Shown: positions 8,748-17,666, numbered from the stretch's first letter. The stretch: 56,604 bases of DNA from a virus (IMGVR_UViG_3300045988_114323:1-56604); one strand, 5' to 3'. A program made the numbers and translations. The notes: generated by a model from the sequence alone, not told the origin.

Positions 8748-8870
8748 ATGTATATTAATCCATTTTTAGCAGGAGTGCTTGCAACTATTGGAGTTGAGAT
8801 TATTTCTATTATTCTTTTTGCAATCGTCTACAGCGGTAAAGGAAAGGATGATAACGATGAAACAAAGTAA
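8748..8870 (+). CDS. Small membrane protein (40 aa)
   Basis: ATG after GGAAGGAAGTGAG. One hydrophobic helix. Below the ORF-track size cut-off. Confidence 0.4.
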   Translation: MYINPFLAGVLATIGVEIISIILFAIVYSGKGKDDNDETK

Positions 8871-9024
8871 GAAACCTAAACGATGGCAGAAAGAATGTTT
8901 GTCGGCACACGGTCTGAAAGTTGATGATTGGAGAATTGTTGGCGAAACAGATATGTCGCTGATAATCATTAACAAAAAAGGTATACAGAAACGAGTAGAC
9001 AAGTTCAGGAGGTTGAGATGGTAA
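8857..9024 (+). CDS. Small basic protein (55 aa, DUF6906-like)
   Basis: RBS AAGGAAAGGA. KKPKRWQKECLSAHGLKVDDWRIV pattern. Confidence 0.45.
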   Translation: MKQSKKPKRWQKECLSAHGLKVDDWRIVGETDMSLIIINKKGIQKRVDKFRRLRW

Positions 9025-9191
9025 GAAAAGCGGGAATAACGATGATAATTGTTGGCTGGTTTTGCATGGTCGGAACTGTCGGAGCAACGGAAAATGCGAC
9101 AGATGACAACCTTTTTTCATGGATTATCAAAGGATTTTTCTGGACGACTGTGTTTATGATTGGATTTTTAATTAAGGAGCGTGCGGAATGA
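9018..9191 (+). CDS. Small membrane protein (57 aa)
   Basis: GGAGG RBS and two hydrophobic segments. Confidence 0.4.
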   Translation: MVRKAGITMIIVGWFCMVGTVGATENATDDNLFSWIIKGFFWTTVFMIGFLIKERAE

Positions 9192-9508
9192 ACGAAGAAA
9201 CGTGGGAAAGAGTTGGCTTGTTGATTGCCAAGCGGTTAGCTGAGTTGCAAGAACTGGCAGAGTTTTACGGAATTGACAGTCTTCATGTCAGCATACCAGG
9301 AAGCAACTTGGTTACAAGAAAAGCAGAAGCGTTCTACGTGACGGACAAGCTTGGAAAAGTTGATACGAAGTCTGTAGAGGTTTGGGAAGATGGTAGAATC
9401 AGAGTCAAATATGACGGGAAGATGATTTACGACAGATTACAGATAAGAGAACCTAATAGGATGGATTTGGAAGAGTGGTGGAGAAGACACAATGGAACAA
9501 ATACCTAA
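9188..9508 (+). CDS. Hypothetical early protein
   Basis: ATGA overlap with the upstream ORF. ORF track, 106 aa. Confidence 0.55.
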   Translation: MNEETWERVGLLIAKRLAELQELAEFYGIDSLHVSIPGSNLVTRKAEAFYVTDKLGKVDTKSVEVWEDGRIRVKYDGKMIYDRLQIREPNRMDLEEWWRRHNGTNT

Positions 9509-9665
9509 TTATGATGAATGGAAATTAGATTCTGGACAGGAAGTAGAGCCGGAATGCTATTGCAACGGATGTGGATGCCCTTTGTACGAGGGAGATGTTC
9601 TCTACACGTTGGATGGTGGAATCTGCGAGGATTGTCTGGATGCGGAATACAAGGAGGTTTTGTGA
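9492..9665 (+). CDS. Small Cys-rich (zinc-ribbon-like) protein (57 aa)
   Basis: CYCNGCGC...CEDC pattern. Overlaps its neighbours in operon style. Confidence 0.4.
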   Translation: MEQIPNYDEWKLDSGQEVEPECYCNGCGCPLYEGDVLYTLDGGICEDCLDAEYKEVL

Positions 9666-9835
9666 TGGATAAAGTACCAACAATTACTATACCAAGCGCA
9701 ATGTTTTTTGATCTTATGGAGGAAAGAGCAAAAGTTGTGGCTGTGCGTGCGGTGCTTAAAGCTAATGCATTTGATTCGCTTAAAGCTATCAGAAGCATCT
9801 TGGAAGAAAGCGAGGATAAAGAATGCCTGGAATAG
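9665..9835 (+). CDS. Small hypothetical protein (56 aa)
   Basis: AAGGAGG RBS before ATG 9665. Confidence 0.45.
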   Translation: MDKVPTITIPSAMFFDLMEERAKVVAVRAVLKANAFDSLKAIRSILEESEDKECLE

Positions 9836-10635
9836 CAATGAGCCAGAAAGAGTATCGTGCACATCCGGCTATTAGTAAATCTGATTTGTTTAAGATAACC
9901 AAGTCACCGTTACATTTTAAATGGTCAATGGAAAATAAAGAAGAACCGACTCCGTCACTGATTTTTGGTAGTGCATGTCATAAGTATATTCTCGAACGTG
10001 AAGATTTTGACAATGAATTTGCAGTGTACTCGGATATTGACAGAAGAACAAAAGCTGGAAAAGAAGAGTATGCACGGTGGCTATCTGAAAATGAAGGAAA
10101 ATCCATAATTTCTGCTGATGATATGAACAAGATTATGGATATGGCAAGGGTCATTGATGGTAACAAATTTGCTAAGAGACTTTTGGATGGAGTACATGAG
10201 AGAAGCTTCTTTTGGACAGACGAAGATACCGGAGAAGAGTGTAAATGTAGACCAGATTGTATTTCTGTTGTTGGAGGACAACATATTTTAGTTGATTACA
10301 AAACAACTGATAATGCGGAAACAGAAGCGTTTAGATCATCGGCAATTAAGTATGGTTATGACTTGCAAGACGGAATGTACTACGAGGGATATAAAGCTAA
10401 TACCGGGCATGATGCAATATTTATATTTATTGCGCAGGAAAAGAAGCCGCCATACGCATTGAATATTCTTCAAGCAGATGAATTTATGCTACGAGAGGGT
10501 AACCAATTATTTCATGATCTTCTTGGAATATATCACGAGTGCAAAGTTACTGGTAATTGGTATGGATATATGGGTTCAGATGGAGACATTCAGAATCTTG
10601 GATTGCCAAGATGGTTGCAGAAAGAATTTGAGTAG
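9823..10635 (+). CDS. PD-(D/E)XK exonuclease (RecE/DUF3799-like)
   Basis: Motifs GSACHKYILE and ILVDYKTT (D..(D/E)xK-type core). Sits next to a recombination protein gene. Confidence 0.65.
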   Translation: MPGIAMSQKEYRAHPAISKSDLFKITKSPLHFKWSMENKEEPTPSLIFGSACHKYILEREDFDNEFAVYSDIDRRTKAGKEEYARWLSENEGKSIISADDMNKIMDMARVIDGNKFAKRLLDGVHERSFFWTDEDTGEECKCRPDCISVVGGQHILVDYKTTDNAETEAFRSSAIKYGYDLQDGMYYEGYKANTGHDAIFIFIAQEKKPPYALNILQADEFMLREGNQLFHDLLGIYHECKVTGNWYGYMGSDGDIQNLGLPRWLQKEFE

Positions 10636-10644
10636 GAGGTTAAT

Positions 10645-11502
10645 ATGTCTGATAAAGAAAAATTGAAAGAATATCCGATTGAAGTAAAGACGATACCTGT
10701 AGGAAACTATGAAAATGTGAATCAGGGAACGGTGGCTATTGAAGCTCACAGAGCGATTACAGAAGCTCAGGGAAAGTTGCTTCTTGCCAAGCAGTTTCCA
10801 AGAAACTATCTACAGGCTTATGCAAAAGCATTGGAAGCTTGCAAGAGAAAGGGATTTGCGGAAAAAGCATTTTTTAGTTATCCAAGAGGTAGAGAGACGG
10901 TTAGTGGTGTGACAATAAGATTTGCGGAAGAAATGGCGCGCTGCTACGGAAACATGGATTACGGAATTAAAGAATTATCTCATGAAGAAGGAAAATCTGA
11001 AATGCAGGCGTATGCATGGGATTTAGAGACCAATACGGTTTCAAGCCAGAACTTTACGGTTGAGCACATTAGAGAGACAAGACAAGGAAATAGCAGACTT
11101 ACATCACAGAGAGATATTTATGAAAAAACCGCGAACGATGGAGCAAGACGTTTGAGAAGTAGGATTTTGGCTATTCTACCTCCAGATTTAGTTGAAGATT
11201 GCATTGCAGAGTGTAAGAAAACACTTGCTGGATCAAATGACATGCCACTTTCTGACAGGATTAAACAGTTGGTTGTCTATTTTGGTAAAAAAGGCGTTAC
11301 TCAGGAAATGATTGAGAAAAGACTCGGTCACAAAATCGAAGCTATGACACCGGATGAAGTGGCTGATTATATCGGTATTTACAATGGAATTAACCAGAAA
11401 GAGACAACTGTTTCTGATTGGTTTGAACAGCCTAAGACGGCAAGCCAGATTTCGGAACTTATGAAAGAGGAAGAAGAGAAAGCCGAAAAAGCAGATAAGT
11501 AG
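10645..11502 (+). CDS. Putative recombination / ssDNA-annealing protein (family unresolved)
   Basis: AGGAGG RBS. Assigned by position after the exonuclease. I could not place the sequence in RecT, Bet or Erf by eye. Confidence 0.4.
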   Translation: MSDKEKLKEYPIEVKTIPVGNYENVNQGTVAIEAHRAITEAQGKLLLAKQFPRNYLQAYAKALEACKRKGFAEKAFFSYPRGRETVSGVTIRFAEEMARCYGNMDYGIKELSHEEGKSEMQAYAWDLETNTVSSQNFTVEHIRETRQGNSRLTSQRDIYEKTANDGARRLRSRILAILPPDLVEDCIAECKKTLAGSNDMPLSDRIKQLVVYFGKKGVTQEMIEKRLGHKIEAMTPDEVADYIGIYNGINQKETTVSDWFEQPKTASQISELMKEEEEKAEKADK

Positions 11503-11510
11503 GTGGTTGA

Positions 11511-11918
11511 ATGAAATATGTTGTAACTATTAATGGCAAGCATGGTAATTTCCCAATCAAAGGATTGAATGAGTTACTTGGTGGCAGGATTTACGACAGA
11601 CGGACGAAAAAATATCGGAATGCTGTGAAGAGTGCAAATGATTTAGTTTGCAGAAAGGCAATTAGGGCGAGTCTGAAAGGCGTGAAACTTAATACACCGA
11701 TTAAATGTACTTATTACCTATATGCCAAGAACAGGATGCATGACAGAAGTAATCTGTATTCTTCGTGTGAAAAATCATTCTTAGACGCATTACAACAGGA
11801 GAAGTCAATTGCTAATGACGGGTGGAACGATGTTTATGACAGCGAGTTTCATACATATTTAGATTCGATCAACCCAAGAGTTGTTGTGGAGATTGAGGAG
11901 ATGGGTCTCAATGAATGA
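11511..11918 (+). CDS. rusA: RusA-like Holliday junction resolvase
   Basis: Size is about 135 aa. Pattern DRSNLYSSCEKSFLDALQQEKSIANDGWNDV resembles the RusA acidic catalytic region. Confidence 0.6.
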   Translation: MKYVVTINGKHGNFPIKGLNELLGGRIYDRRTKKYRNAVKSANDLVCRKAIRASLKGVKLNTPIKCTYYLYAKNRMHDRSNLYSSCEKSFLDALQQEKSIANDGWNDVYDSEFHTYLDSINPRVVVEIEEMGLNE

Positions 11919-12609
11919 TACCAAAGGGTGGATAAAACTTCATCGGAAAACTCTGGAAAACAATGCTTGCGTTAAGGATGCAGATCACTTGGCAATATGG
12001 TGTTGGATTCTGCTGAAAGCCTCTTATTCTTCGGAAGAACAGTGGTTTGGTGGTGAACTTATCAATATATCGGAGGGTCAATTTTTGACTACGTTAAGAG
12101 AGATAAGTGACAGCTTGAAAATAAATCCAAGTAAAGTAAATCGAGTATTACATTTTTTAGAAAGTGAAAAGCAGATTGAAAAACGGTCTAGTAACAAAAA
12201 AACGCTTATTACCGTTGTTAACTGGGATAATTACCAGTTAAAAGAAAAACAATTTGAAAAAAAAGAAAAGCCAAAAGCATCAGAGAAAACGGCAAAGCAC
12301 AGGCATGGAGAATATGGTCATGTTCTTCTGACGGTCAAGCAGTTTGACAAACTGGTATCTGATTACGGTGAATCAAAAACACAAGATGCAATAAAATTTC
12401 TTGATGAATATATTGAGATGAAAGGCTACAAGGCGAAAAACCACAATCTTGCAATGAGAAAATGGGTTTTTGATGCTGTTGAAAGAGATAAGAAAAAAAA
12501 TGCAGGATATTCTTCGAGAGATTTCAACAAGCAAGAATTTCAGCTTGATTATTTACTTGGCAGCATCATGGAAGACGAGGAGAATGAGAATGACATTAAA
12601 GGAAACTAA
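11911..12609 (+). CDS. Replisome organiser / replication initiator (wHTH N-domain, Phg_2220_C-like C-terminus)
   Basis: N-terminus GWIKLHRK...GQFLTTLREIS. C-terminus GHVLLTVKQFDKLVSDYGESK...EYIEMKGYKAKNHNLAMRKW. Confidence 0.65.
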   Translation: MNDTKGWIKLHRKTLENNACVKDADHLAIWCWILLKASYSSEEQWFGGELINISEGQFLTTLREISDSLKINPSKVNRVLHFLESEKQIEKRSSNKKTLITVVNWDNYQLKEKQFEKKEKPKASEKTAKHRHGEYGHVLLTVKQFDKLVSDYGESKTQDAIKFLDEYIEMKGYKAKNHNLAMRKWVFDAVERDKKKNAGYSSRDFNKQEFQLDYLLGSIMEDEENENDIKGN

Positions 12610-13246
12610 AAAGATATTGGCAACTATTATGGTTGCGTATCCTAATTTTAAGCTAGTAAACGTGGATGCGACCGCAAATATTTGGTTTGATGCATTAAAT
12701 GATTTTGATTATTCTTTTGTATCCATGGCATTGAAAAATTATATAAGGTCTGATGAATCTGGATTTGCTCCTAGTATCGGACAGCTTGTCAAACAAATAA
12801 AAATTATATCAGTTCCAGATCATCTTAATGAGATTTCAGCGTGGTCGTTTGTAAGTAACGCAATTAGAAATAGCGGATACAATTCTGTTTCGGAATTTGA
12901 AAAGTTGCCGGAATTGGTACAAATGGCTGTAGGTTCACCAGGGCAGTTAAGGCAATGGGCGTTGGATGAAAATTATAACGAACAGGTTGCGTCGTCAAAC
13001 TTTATGCGTACATACAGAGCTGTTAAAGAGAGTTCGGTGAATAATTCAAAGTATTCCGACAATGTGAAGGCATTGATTGATAACGTGAACTATGGTTCAG
13101 ATACAACGAAACTTATTCAGAAAAATAGAGAGCTGATTGACAAGAAGAAAACTTTGATTGAGGAAGGGCAACGCGAATCTGAGGAAATGTCAGAGAAAAC
13201 TGCGAAGTTATTAGGAGAGTTGATGGATGATCTTAGAGAAAGTTAA
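12590..13246 (+). CDS. G39P-like helicase loader/inhibitor
   Basis: N-terminus TLKETKKILATIMVAYPNFK...WFDALNDFDY...APSIGQL matches the SPP1 G39P pattern. GAGGAG RBS. Confidence 0.6.
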   Translation: MTLKETKKILATIMVAYPNFKLVNVDATANIWFDALNDFDYSFVSMALKNYIRSDESGFAPSIGQLVKQIKIISVPDHLNEISAWSFVSNAIRNSGYNSVSEFEKLPELVQMAVGSPGQLRQWALDENYNEQVASSNFMRTYRAVKESSVNNSKYSDNVKALIDNVNYGSDTTKLIQKNRELIDKKKTLIEEGQRESEEMSEKTAKLLGELMDDLRES

Positions 13247-13318
13247 AAAGCCGGGTAATATGAATGCATTTATATATTCTGGCAGTAAAAAGAAGAGAAA
13301 GAAAATAAAGAGAGGTAA

Positions 13319-13933
13319 ATGATTATGAAAAAGGATGCATTATCTGTAGCAAAAGAGTTGGTTAAAATCTTGGAAAAACTGCATGAAAAGAATTTTGTTA
13401 TGCTTGCAGATCTTAAACCAGGCGATAAATTTTCAACAGGAATTGGAAATTTTATTGTTCTGGAACAGAAAGAAGATTGTGCTGTAATTATCACTGAGAA
13501 ATTGTATATGGAAGCCGAGATATTCGATGATAGTTGCAATGATTACAAGAAGTCATCATTAAGAGAAAAGTTCGATGGAGAAATTCTCGATGAGTTCATT
13601 GCTGAATTTGGAGAAGAAAACATTTGTGAAAACGAAGCTGGACTGGTAACAGTTGACGGACAGGAAGTTTTTGGAAAACTTTTGAATAAAGTAAGACCGC
13701 TGACATTTGATGAAGCACGCGAATATAATGATTTGTTGGTGAATGAAAAGTTGACGGATTGGTACTGGACATGTACGCCTTGGAGCACGAAAGAAAGAGT
13801 ATATGGATGTACTGTTGCAGTTGTTTCCCCGCGTGGCAATTTCAGCAACTATAATTGCAGCTTCTATATCGGGGTGCGCCCGGTTTGTATCTTAAAATCT
13901 AATCTCTTTGTATCACGAGTAAAGGAGGATTAA
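13319..13933 (+). CDS. DGR target protein 1 (C-terminal variable region, CLec-type / WW..TP...GVRP motif family)
   Basis: C-terminus WYWTCTPWS...VVSPRGNFSNYNCSFYIGVRPVCI contains VR1. It is a paralog of 13936..14526. Confidence 0.85.
   Translation: MIMKKDALSVAKELVKILEKLHEKNFVMLADLKPGDKFSTGIGNFIVLEQKEDCAVIITEKLYMEAEIFDDSCNDYKKSSLREKFDGEILDEFIAEFGEENICENEAGLVTVDGQEVFGKLLNKVRPLTFDEAREYNDLLVNEKLTDWYWTCTPWSTKERVYGCTVAVVSPRGNFSNYNCSFYIGVRPVCILKSNLFVSRVKED
13820..13881 (+). repeat. DGR variable repeat VR1
   Basis: Gap-free 62-nt alignment to the TR. All 8 mismatches fall at TR adenines. Confidence 0.9.
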
Positions 13934-13935
13934 TT

Positions 13936-14526
13936 ATGATGACGTTAACCGAATTTGGTAAAAAGCTTGAAAAATTAAATGAAGCATATGAACAGCTTAG
14001 AAAGAAATACCAGAAACCGGAAGTTGGAAACACAGTAGAAGTAGCCGGAATCAAATGGCTGGTACTGGATAAGTTGGAAAAAGGATATCTTGTGATTTCA
14101 GAAGATTTTTACGGAGAATATAAAGAATTTGATAATAGTAAAAATGACTGGAAAACCAGTAGCCTTAGAAATTACCTTAACACGAAACTTCGAAAGGAAA
14201 TTGAAGAGGATGTTGGACAAGATGCACTTGTCAAGTTTGATCGCGATTTAACTTCAATGGATGGGCAGACGGAATACGGAATTTGCGAAGACTATGTTTC
14301 TATTATTACATTTGATGAATATAGAAAATACAGAAATTTACTTGCAAATACAGAAGAATACTGGTGGACGCTTACACCTGATAGTACGTCTTGTAACGAT
14401 GATTCTCGGTGGTTGCAAGTTGTTTCCCCGCGTGGCTTTATCAACTTCTATATTTGCGTCTTCAATTTCGGGGTGCGCCCAGTTTGTATCTTTTCTTCTT
14501 CAATCTTTGAATCAGAACAGGAGTAG
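13936..14526 (+). CDS. DGR target protein 2 (paralog of target 1)
   Basis: AAGGAGG RBS. C-terminus YWWTLTPDS...VVSPRGFINFYICVFNFGVRPVCI contains VR2. Confidence 0.85.
   Translation: MMTLTEFGKKLEKLNEAYEQLRKKYQKPEVGNTVEVAGIKWLVLDKLEKGYLVISEDFYGEYKEFDNSKNDWKTSSLRNYLNTKLRKEIEEDVGQDALVKFDRDLTSMDGQTEYGICEDYVSIITFDEYRKYRNLLANTEEYWWTLTPDSTSCNDDSRWLQVVSPRGFINFYICVFNFGVRPVCIFSSSIFESEQE
14419..14480 (+). repeat. DGR variable repeat VR2
   Basis: Gap-free 62-nt alignment to the TR. All 12 mismatches fall at TR adenines. Confidence 0.9.
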
Positions 14527-14529
14527 AAA

Positions 14530-14901
14530 ATGTCAGATAGTGAATTAAGGGTAATCTTGAAAGCTAAAGAACTGGCTACTCATACATTGAGATTAACCAG
14601 CAATGCAAATAGATATCCTAAAAAATATAGATTTTCATTAGTGGATAAGATGCAGAATAAGTCAATGGAAATATATGAGATGCTGTTTGAAGCAAATAGA
14701 ACGGATATCAGAGATTACAAAAGAGACAGACTGGAACTACAGACAAAAGCAATTACATATTGTGATGAATTACTGTTTTATATAGAAATGTCGCATGATT
14801 TAAATATTTTGAATGGGAAAAGCATGGAATATTGGTCAAAAATAGTATCTGATGTGAAACATATGGCGATTGCTTGGAGAACTAAAGACAGAAAAAGATA
14901 A
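14530..14901 (+). CDS. avd: Accessory variability determinant (Avd; four-helix-bundle / 23S rRNA IVS protein family)
   Basis: 123 aa, basic and predicted helical. Lies between the VRs and the TR, as in canonical DGRs. Confidence 0.75.
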   Translation: MSDSELRVILKAKELATHTLRLTSNANRYPKKYRFSLVDKMQNKSMEIYEMLFEANRTDIRDYKRDRLELQTKAITYCDELLFYIEMSHDLNILNGKSMEYWSKIVSDVKHMAIAWRTKDRKR

Positions 14902-14931
14902 ATATGTTTTAGGTTTTCTTTTGTAAATTTG

Positions 14932-14993
14932 GTTGTTTCCCCGCGTGGCAATATCAACAACAATAATTGCAACAACAATAACGGGGTGCGCCC
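14932..14993 (+). repeat. DGR template repeat (TR)
   Basis: GTTGTTTCCCCGCGTGGC AAT ATC AAC AAC AAT AAT TGC AAC AAC AAT AAC GGGGTGCGCCC. Non-coding, located about 105 nt upstream of the RT. Confidence 0.9.
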
Positions 14994-15098
14994 ATTCTGT
15001 ATTACAGGCGGTAAGAGTAGGCGTAAAGCCGAAATCAGAATAATAGATACAAAAAGAAAGAAGACCTTCCTCTCAGAGGTAAATATAAAGGAGTACAA

Positions 15099-16124
15099 AT
15101 GGATAAGGATGTTGTCGCAGATTTTGACAATCTGTATAAGGCTTACCGAAAAGCAAAGTCTGGTAAGGGATTTAATACAAGCACTGCTAAGTTTTCAACA
15201 ATGGCATTAGATGGAGTTTCTTTGATAAAAGAGCAGTTGGAAAATCAAAGTTATAAAGAAGACAATTTAAACAGGTTCAAAATATATGAGCCGAAAGAAA
15301 GAGTGATAGAATCGTGTTCTTTTAAAGATAAGGTTGTGCAGCATTGCTTCTGTGACAATATCTTGCATCCAAAATTAGATAATTTGTTTGTCAAGTATAA
15401 TTCGGCCGGACAAATTGGAAAAGGAACGTTATTTGCAATAAATGGATTGAAGAATCACATGGAGGAATTTTATAAAATTCATGGCTGTGATGGTTGGGTA
15501 TTGAAATGCGATATACGTCATTTCTTTTATGAAATAGATCACGAATTACTGAAAAATATTCTTGATTATTATTTTGATGAAGATTTTACGAAATGGCTTA
15601 ACAGATGTTTTATTGATAATTCGGACAATCCGGGACTACCTCTTGGAAATCAAGTGGCACAGGTTTATGCATTGTTAATGCTTGATGGCATGGATCACAT
15701 GATTACCGGGGAACTTGGTATTGATTTATACGGTCGGTATATGGATGATTTTTATTTAATCCATCATAACAAGGCGTATTTGAAGTTTTGCCTGGAACAC
15801 ATAAGAGAAATGATAAATACACTTGGATTGGAATTGAATGGTAAGACACAAATTGTTCCTATCCGTAAAGGAATTAGATTTCTTGGTTTCCATCATTATA
15901 TAACCGATGACGGAAAGTATATTAGAAAGCTTACAGGAGAAAACAAAAGGAAAATCCGAAAGAAAATAAGAATATGGGTGAAATTAGTTAAGTCTGGAAG
16001 AATGCCCGAAAAGAAATTTTATGAGAAATATGGAGCATGGAAGAATCATGCATCACACGGAAATTGTATAAAACTGATACACGGCATGGATTTATATGTC
16101 GAAGAGCTGATGAAAGGAGAATGA
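15099..16124 (+). CDS. DGR reverse transcriptase
   Basis: RT motifs IRHFFYEIDH, LPLGNQVAQVYALLML and YGRYMDDFYLI (YMDD). Adjacent to the TR. Confidence 0.9.
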   Translation: MDKDVVADFDNLYKAYRKAKSGKGFNTSTAKFSTMALDGVSLIKEQLENQSYKEDNLNRFKIYEPKERVIESCSFKDKVVQHCFCDNILHPKLDNLFVKYNSAGQIGKGTLFAINGLKNHMEEFYKIHGCDGWVLKCDIRHFFYEIDHELLKNILDYYFDEDFTKWLNRCFIDNSDNPGLPLGNQVAQVYALLMLDGMDHMITGELGIDLYGRYMDDFYLIHHNKAYLKFCLEHIREMINTLGLELNGKTQIVPIRKGIRFLGFHHYITDDGKYIRKLTGENKRKIRKKIRIWVKLVKSGRMPEKKFYEKYGAWKNHASHGNCIKLIHGMDLYVEELMKGE

Positions 16125-16126
16125 CG

Positions 16127-16441
16127 ATGAGAGTAATTAGCCAAGATGGACGCTATGACATCCCTTATGGTCAAGCTATGTTATTGAGATACGGAAGCAG
16201 TATATACATTATGAGCCAGAACTTTTCTGGTGTCGAAAGAATTATAAGCGATCCAGTAATTGCGGAATATTCCACCGAAGAAAAAGCAATTAAGGCTATG
16301 GAGATGTGCAGAGAGAAGTATCTTTCGAGAATGGAGCTAGATGGTGGGCATGACGTTGTAAACGGTTGCTACGTGCAACCTAATTACTGGGTATTGCCTA
16401 AGGTATTCCAGTTTCCGGCAGATGAGGGTATAGAGGTATAA
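16127..16441 (+). CDS. Small hypothetical protein (distant paralog of 35532..35810)
   Basis: AAAGGAGA RBS. Shares MR(V/I)I.Q and Y.(S/T)EE(K/R)A with the other copy. Confidence 0.55.
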   Translation: MRVISQDGRYDIPYGQAMLLRYGSSIYIMSQNFSGVERIISDPVIAEYSTEEKAIKAMEMCREKYLSRMELDGGHDVVNGCYVQPNYWVLPKVFQFPADEGIEV

Positions 16442-16454
16442 GGAGATTTGCTGA

Positions 16455-17666
16455 ATGAAATTTATTGATTGGTTTGCCGGAATTGGTGGTTTTAGGCGAG
16501 GAATGGAGCTTGCTGGTCATGAATGTGTCGGTTTTTGCGAATTTGATAAATTTGCGACTGCGAGCTACATATCCATGCATCTGCTGACAAACGAACAGCG
16601 GAGAGCACTGCAAGAATTACCGCTGAAAAAGCGACAAAAGGAGATTTTAAAAGATGAATACAGAAACGGAGAATGGTACGCAAATGACGTTAGAAGAGTG
16701 TGTGCCGATGATATTCCGAAAGCAGACTGTTGGTGTTTCGGATTCCCATGCCAAGACATCTCAGTTGCAGGAAAACAACTTGGATTTCAAGGAAACCGTT
16801 CAAGCTTGTTTTTCAGAGTTATGTACCTTATCGGACAGCTCAAAGAAGAAGATAAACCCACTTACCTTTTCATTGAGAACGTTAAGAATTTGCTTAGTGT
16901 TAATGGAGGATGGGATTTCGCCAGATTGCTCATTGAAATGGAGCAGGGGGGGTATGATGCAGAATGGCAAGTGCTCAACTCTAAAGATTTCGGAGTGCCA
17001 CAGAACAGAGAAAGGTGCTTCATTATCGGACATCTTAGAAGCAGAGGCCCAACAGAAATATTTCCTGTCGAAAGATCAAACAGAGAAGATAGTATTCAAA
17101 TAATAGGTCACAGGGACGGTTACAGGAGAAATACACAAGTATTTTCACAGGAAGGAATCACAGAAGCATTAGACACAGCGGCCGGCGGAGGAAGAGGACA
17201 TCACGTAGAGATACCGTGTTTTATAGATTTGAGCTATCAAAAATCAGAGTTAACTAATAAGGCAAGGTGCTTACAGGCAAGATACAACAAAGGAATCACA
17301 AATCATAAAGCGGAAGTAAGTGGAGTTGCAATTCCGGTTCTTACACATGATCGAGCGAAAAAGCGACAGAATGGGCGGAGGTTCAAATTAGACACAAGTT
17401 GCAATCAGGGGATATTCGTTCAAGCGTCGGAAGAATTGACCGTATATGCAGTCTGGTATGAAAAATATCAGTGTTACATAGCAATCAGAAAACTAACTCC
17501 GAAAGAATGCTTTAGACTGCAAGGATGGACAGATGATTATTTTGATAAAGCGCAGTTTGTGAACTCTGATAGTCAACTATACAAGCAGGCTGGCAATGGA
17601 GTTACTGTCAATGTGATAGAAGCGATTGCGGAAAAGATAAGAGAGGAGATCGGACAGGATGGATAG
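16455..17666 (+). CDS. dcm: DNA (cytosine-5)-methyltransferase
   Basis: Motifs FAGIGGF (I), GFPCQDIS (IV), ENV (VI), QNRERCF (VIII) and AGNGVTVNV (X). Confidence 0.9.
   Translation: MKFIDWFAGIGGFRRGMELAGHECVGFCEFDKFATASYISMHLLTNEQRRALQELPLKKRQKEILKDEYRNGEWYANDVRRVCADDIPKADCWCFGFPCQDISVAGKQLGFQGNRSSLFFRVMYLIGQLKEEDKPTYLFIENVKNLLSVNGGWDFARLLIEMEQGGYDAEWQVLNSKDFGVPQNRERCFIIGHLRSRGPTEIFPVERSNREDSIQIIGHRDGYRRNTQVFSQEGITEALDTAAGGGRGHHVEIPCFIDLSYQKSELTNKARCLQARYNKGITNHKAEVSGVAIPVLTHDRAKKRQNGRRFKLDTSCNQGIFVQASEELTVYAVWYEKYQCYIAIRKLTPKECFRLQGWTDDYFDKAQFVNSDSQLYKQAGNGVTVNVIEAIAEKIREEIGQDG

Larger units (their letters stand above)
13319..16124 (+). mobile_element. Diversity-generating retroelement (DGR) cassette: target1(VR1)-target2(VR2)-avd-TR-RT
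   Basis: TR/VR alignment shows only adenine-specific differences, and the cassette has the canonical gene order. Confidence 0.9.

Noticed and set aside
10645-11502. Calling this ORF RecT
   Set aside because: Its position next to the exonuclease suggests an annealing protein. However, I could not see RecT, Bet or Erf signature motifs by eye, so it is left as unresolved family.
12470-12589. Long version of the G39P-like ORF starting at 12470
   Set aside because: That part lies entirely inside the replisome-organiser gene in another frame. A GAGGAG RBS precedes ATG 12584/12590, where homology to the G39P N-terminus begins.
14929-15210. Track ORF encoding MVVSPRGNINNNNCNNNNGVRPF...
   Set aside because: This is the DGR template repeat read in the target frame. 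It has no RBS, and the Asn run reflects the AAY-rich TR design. I treat it as non-coding template RNA.
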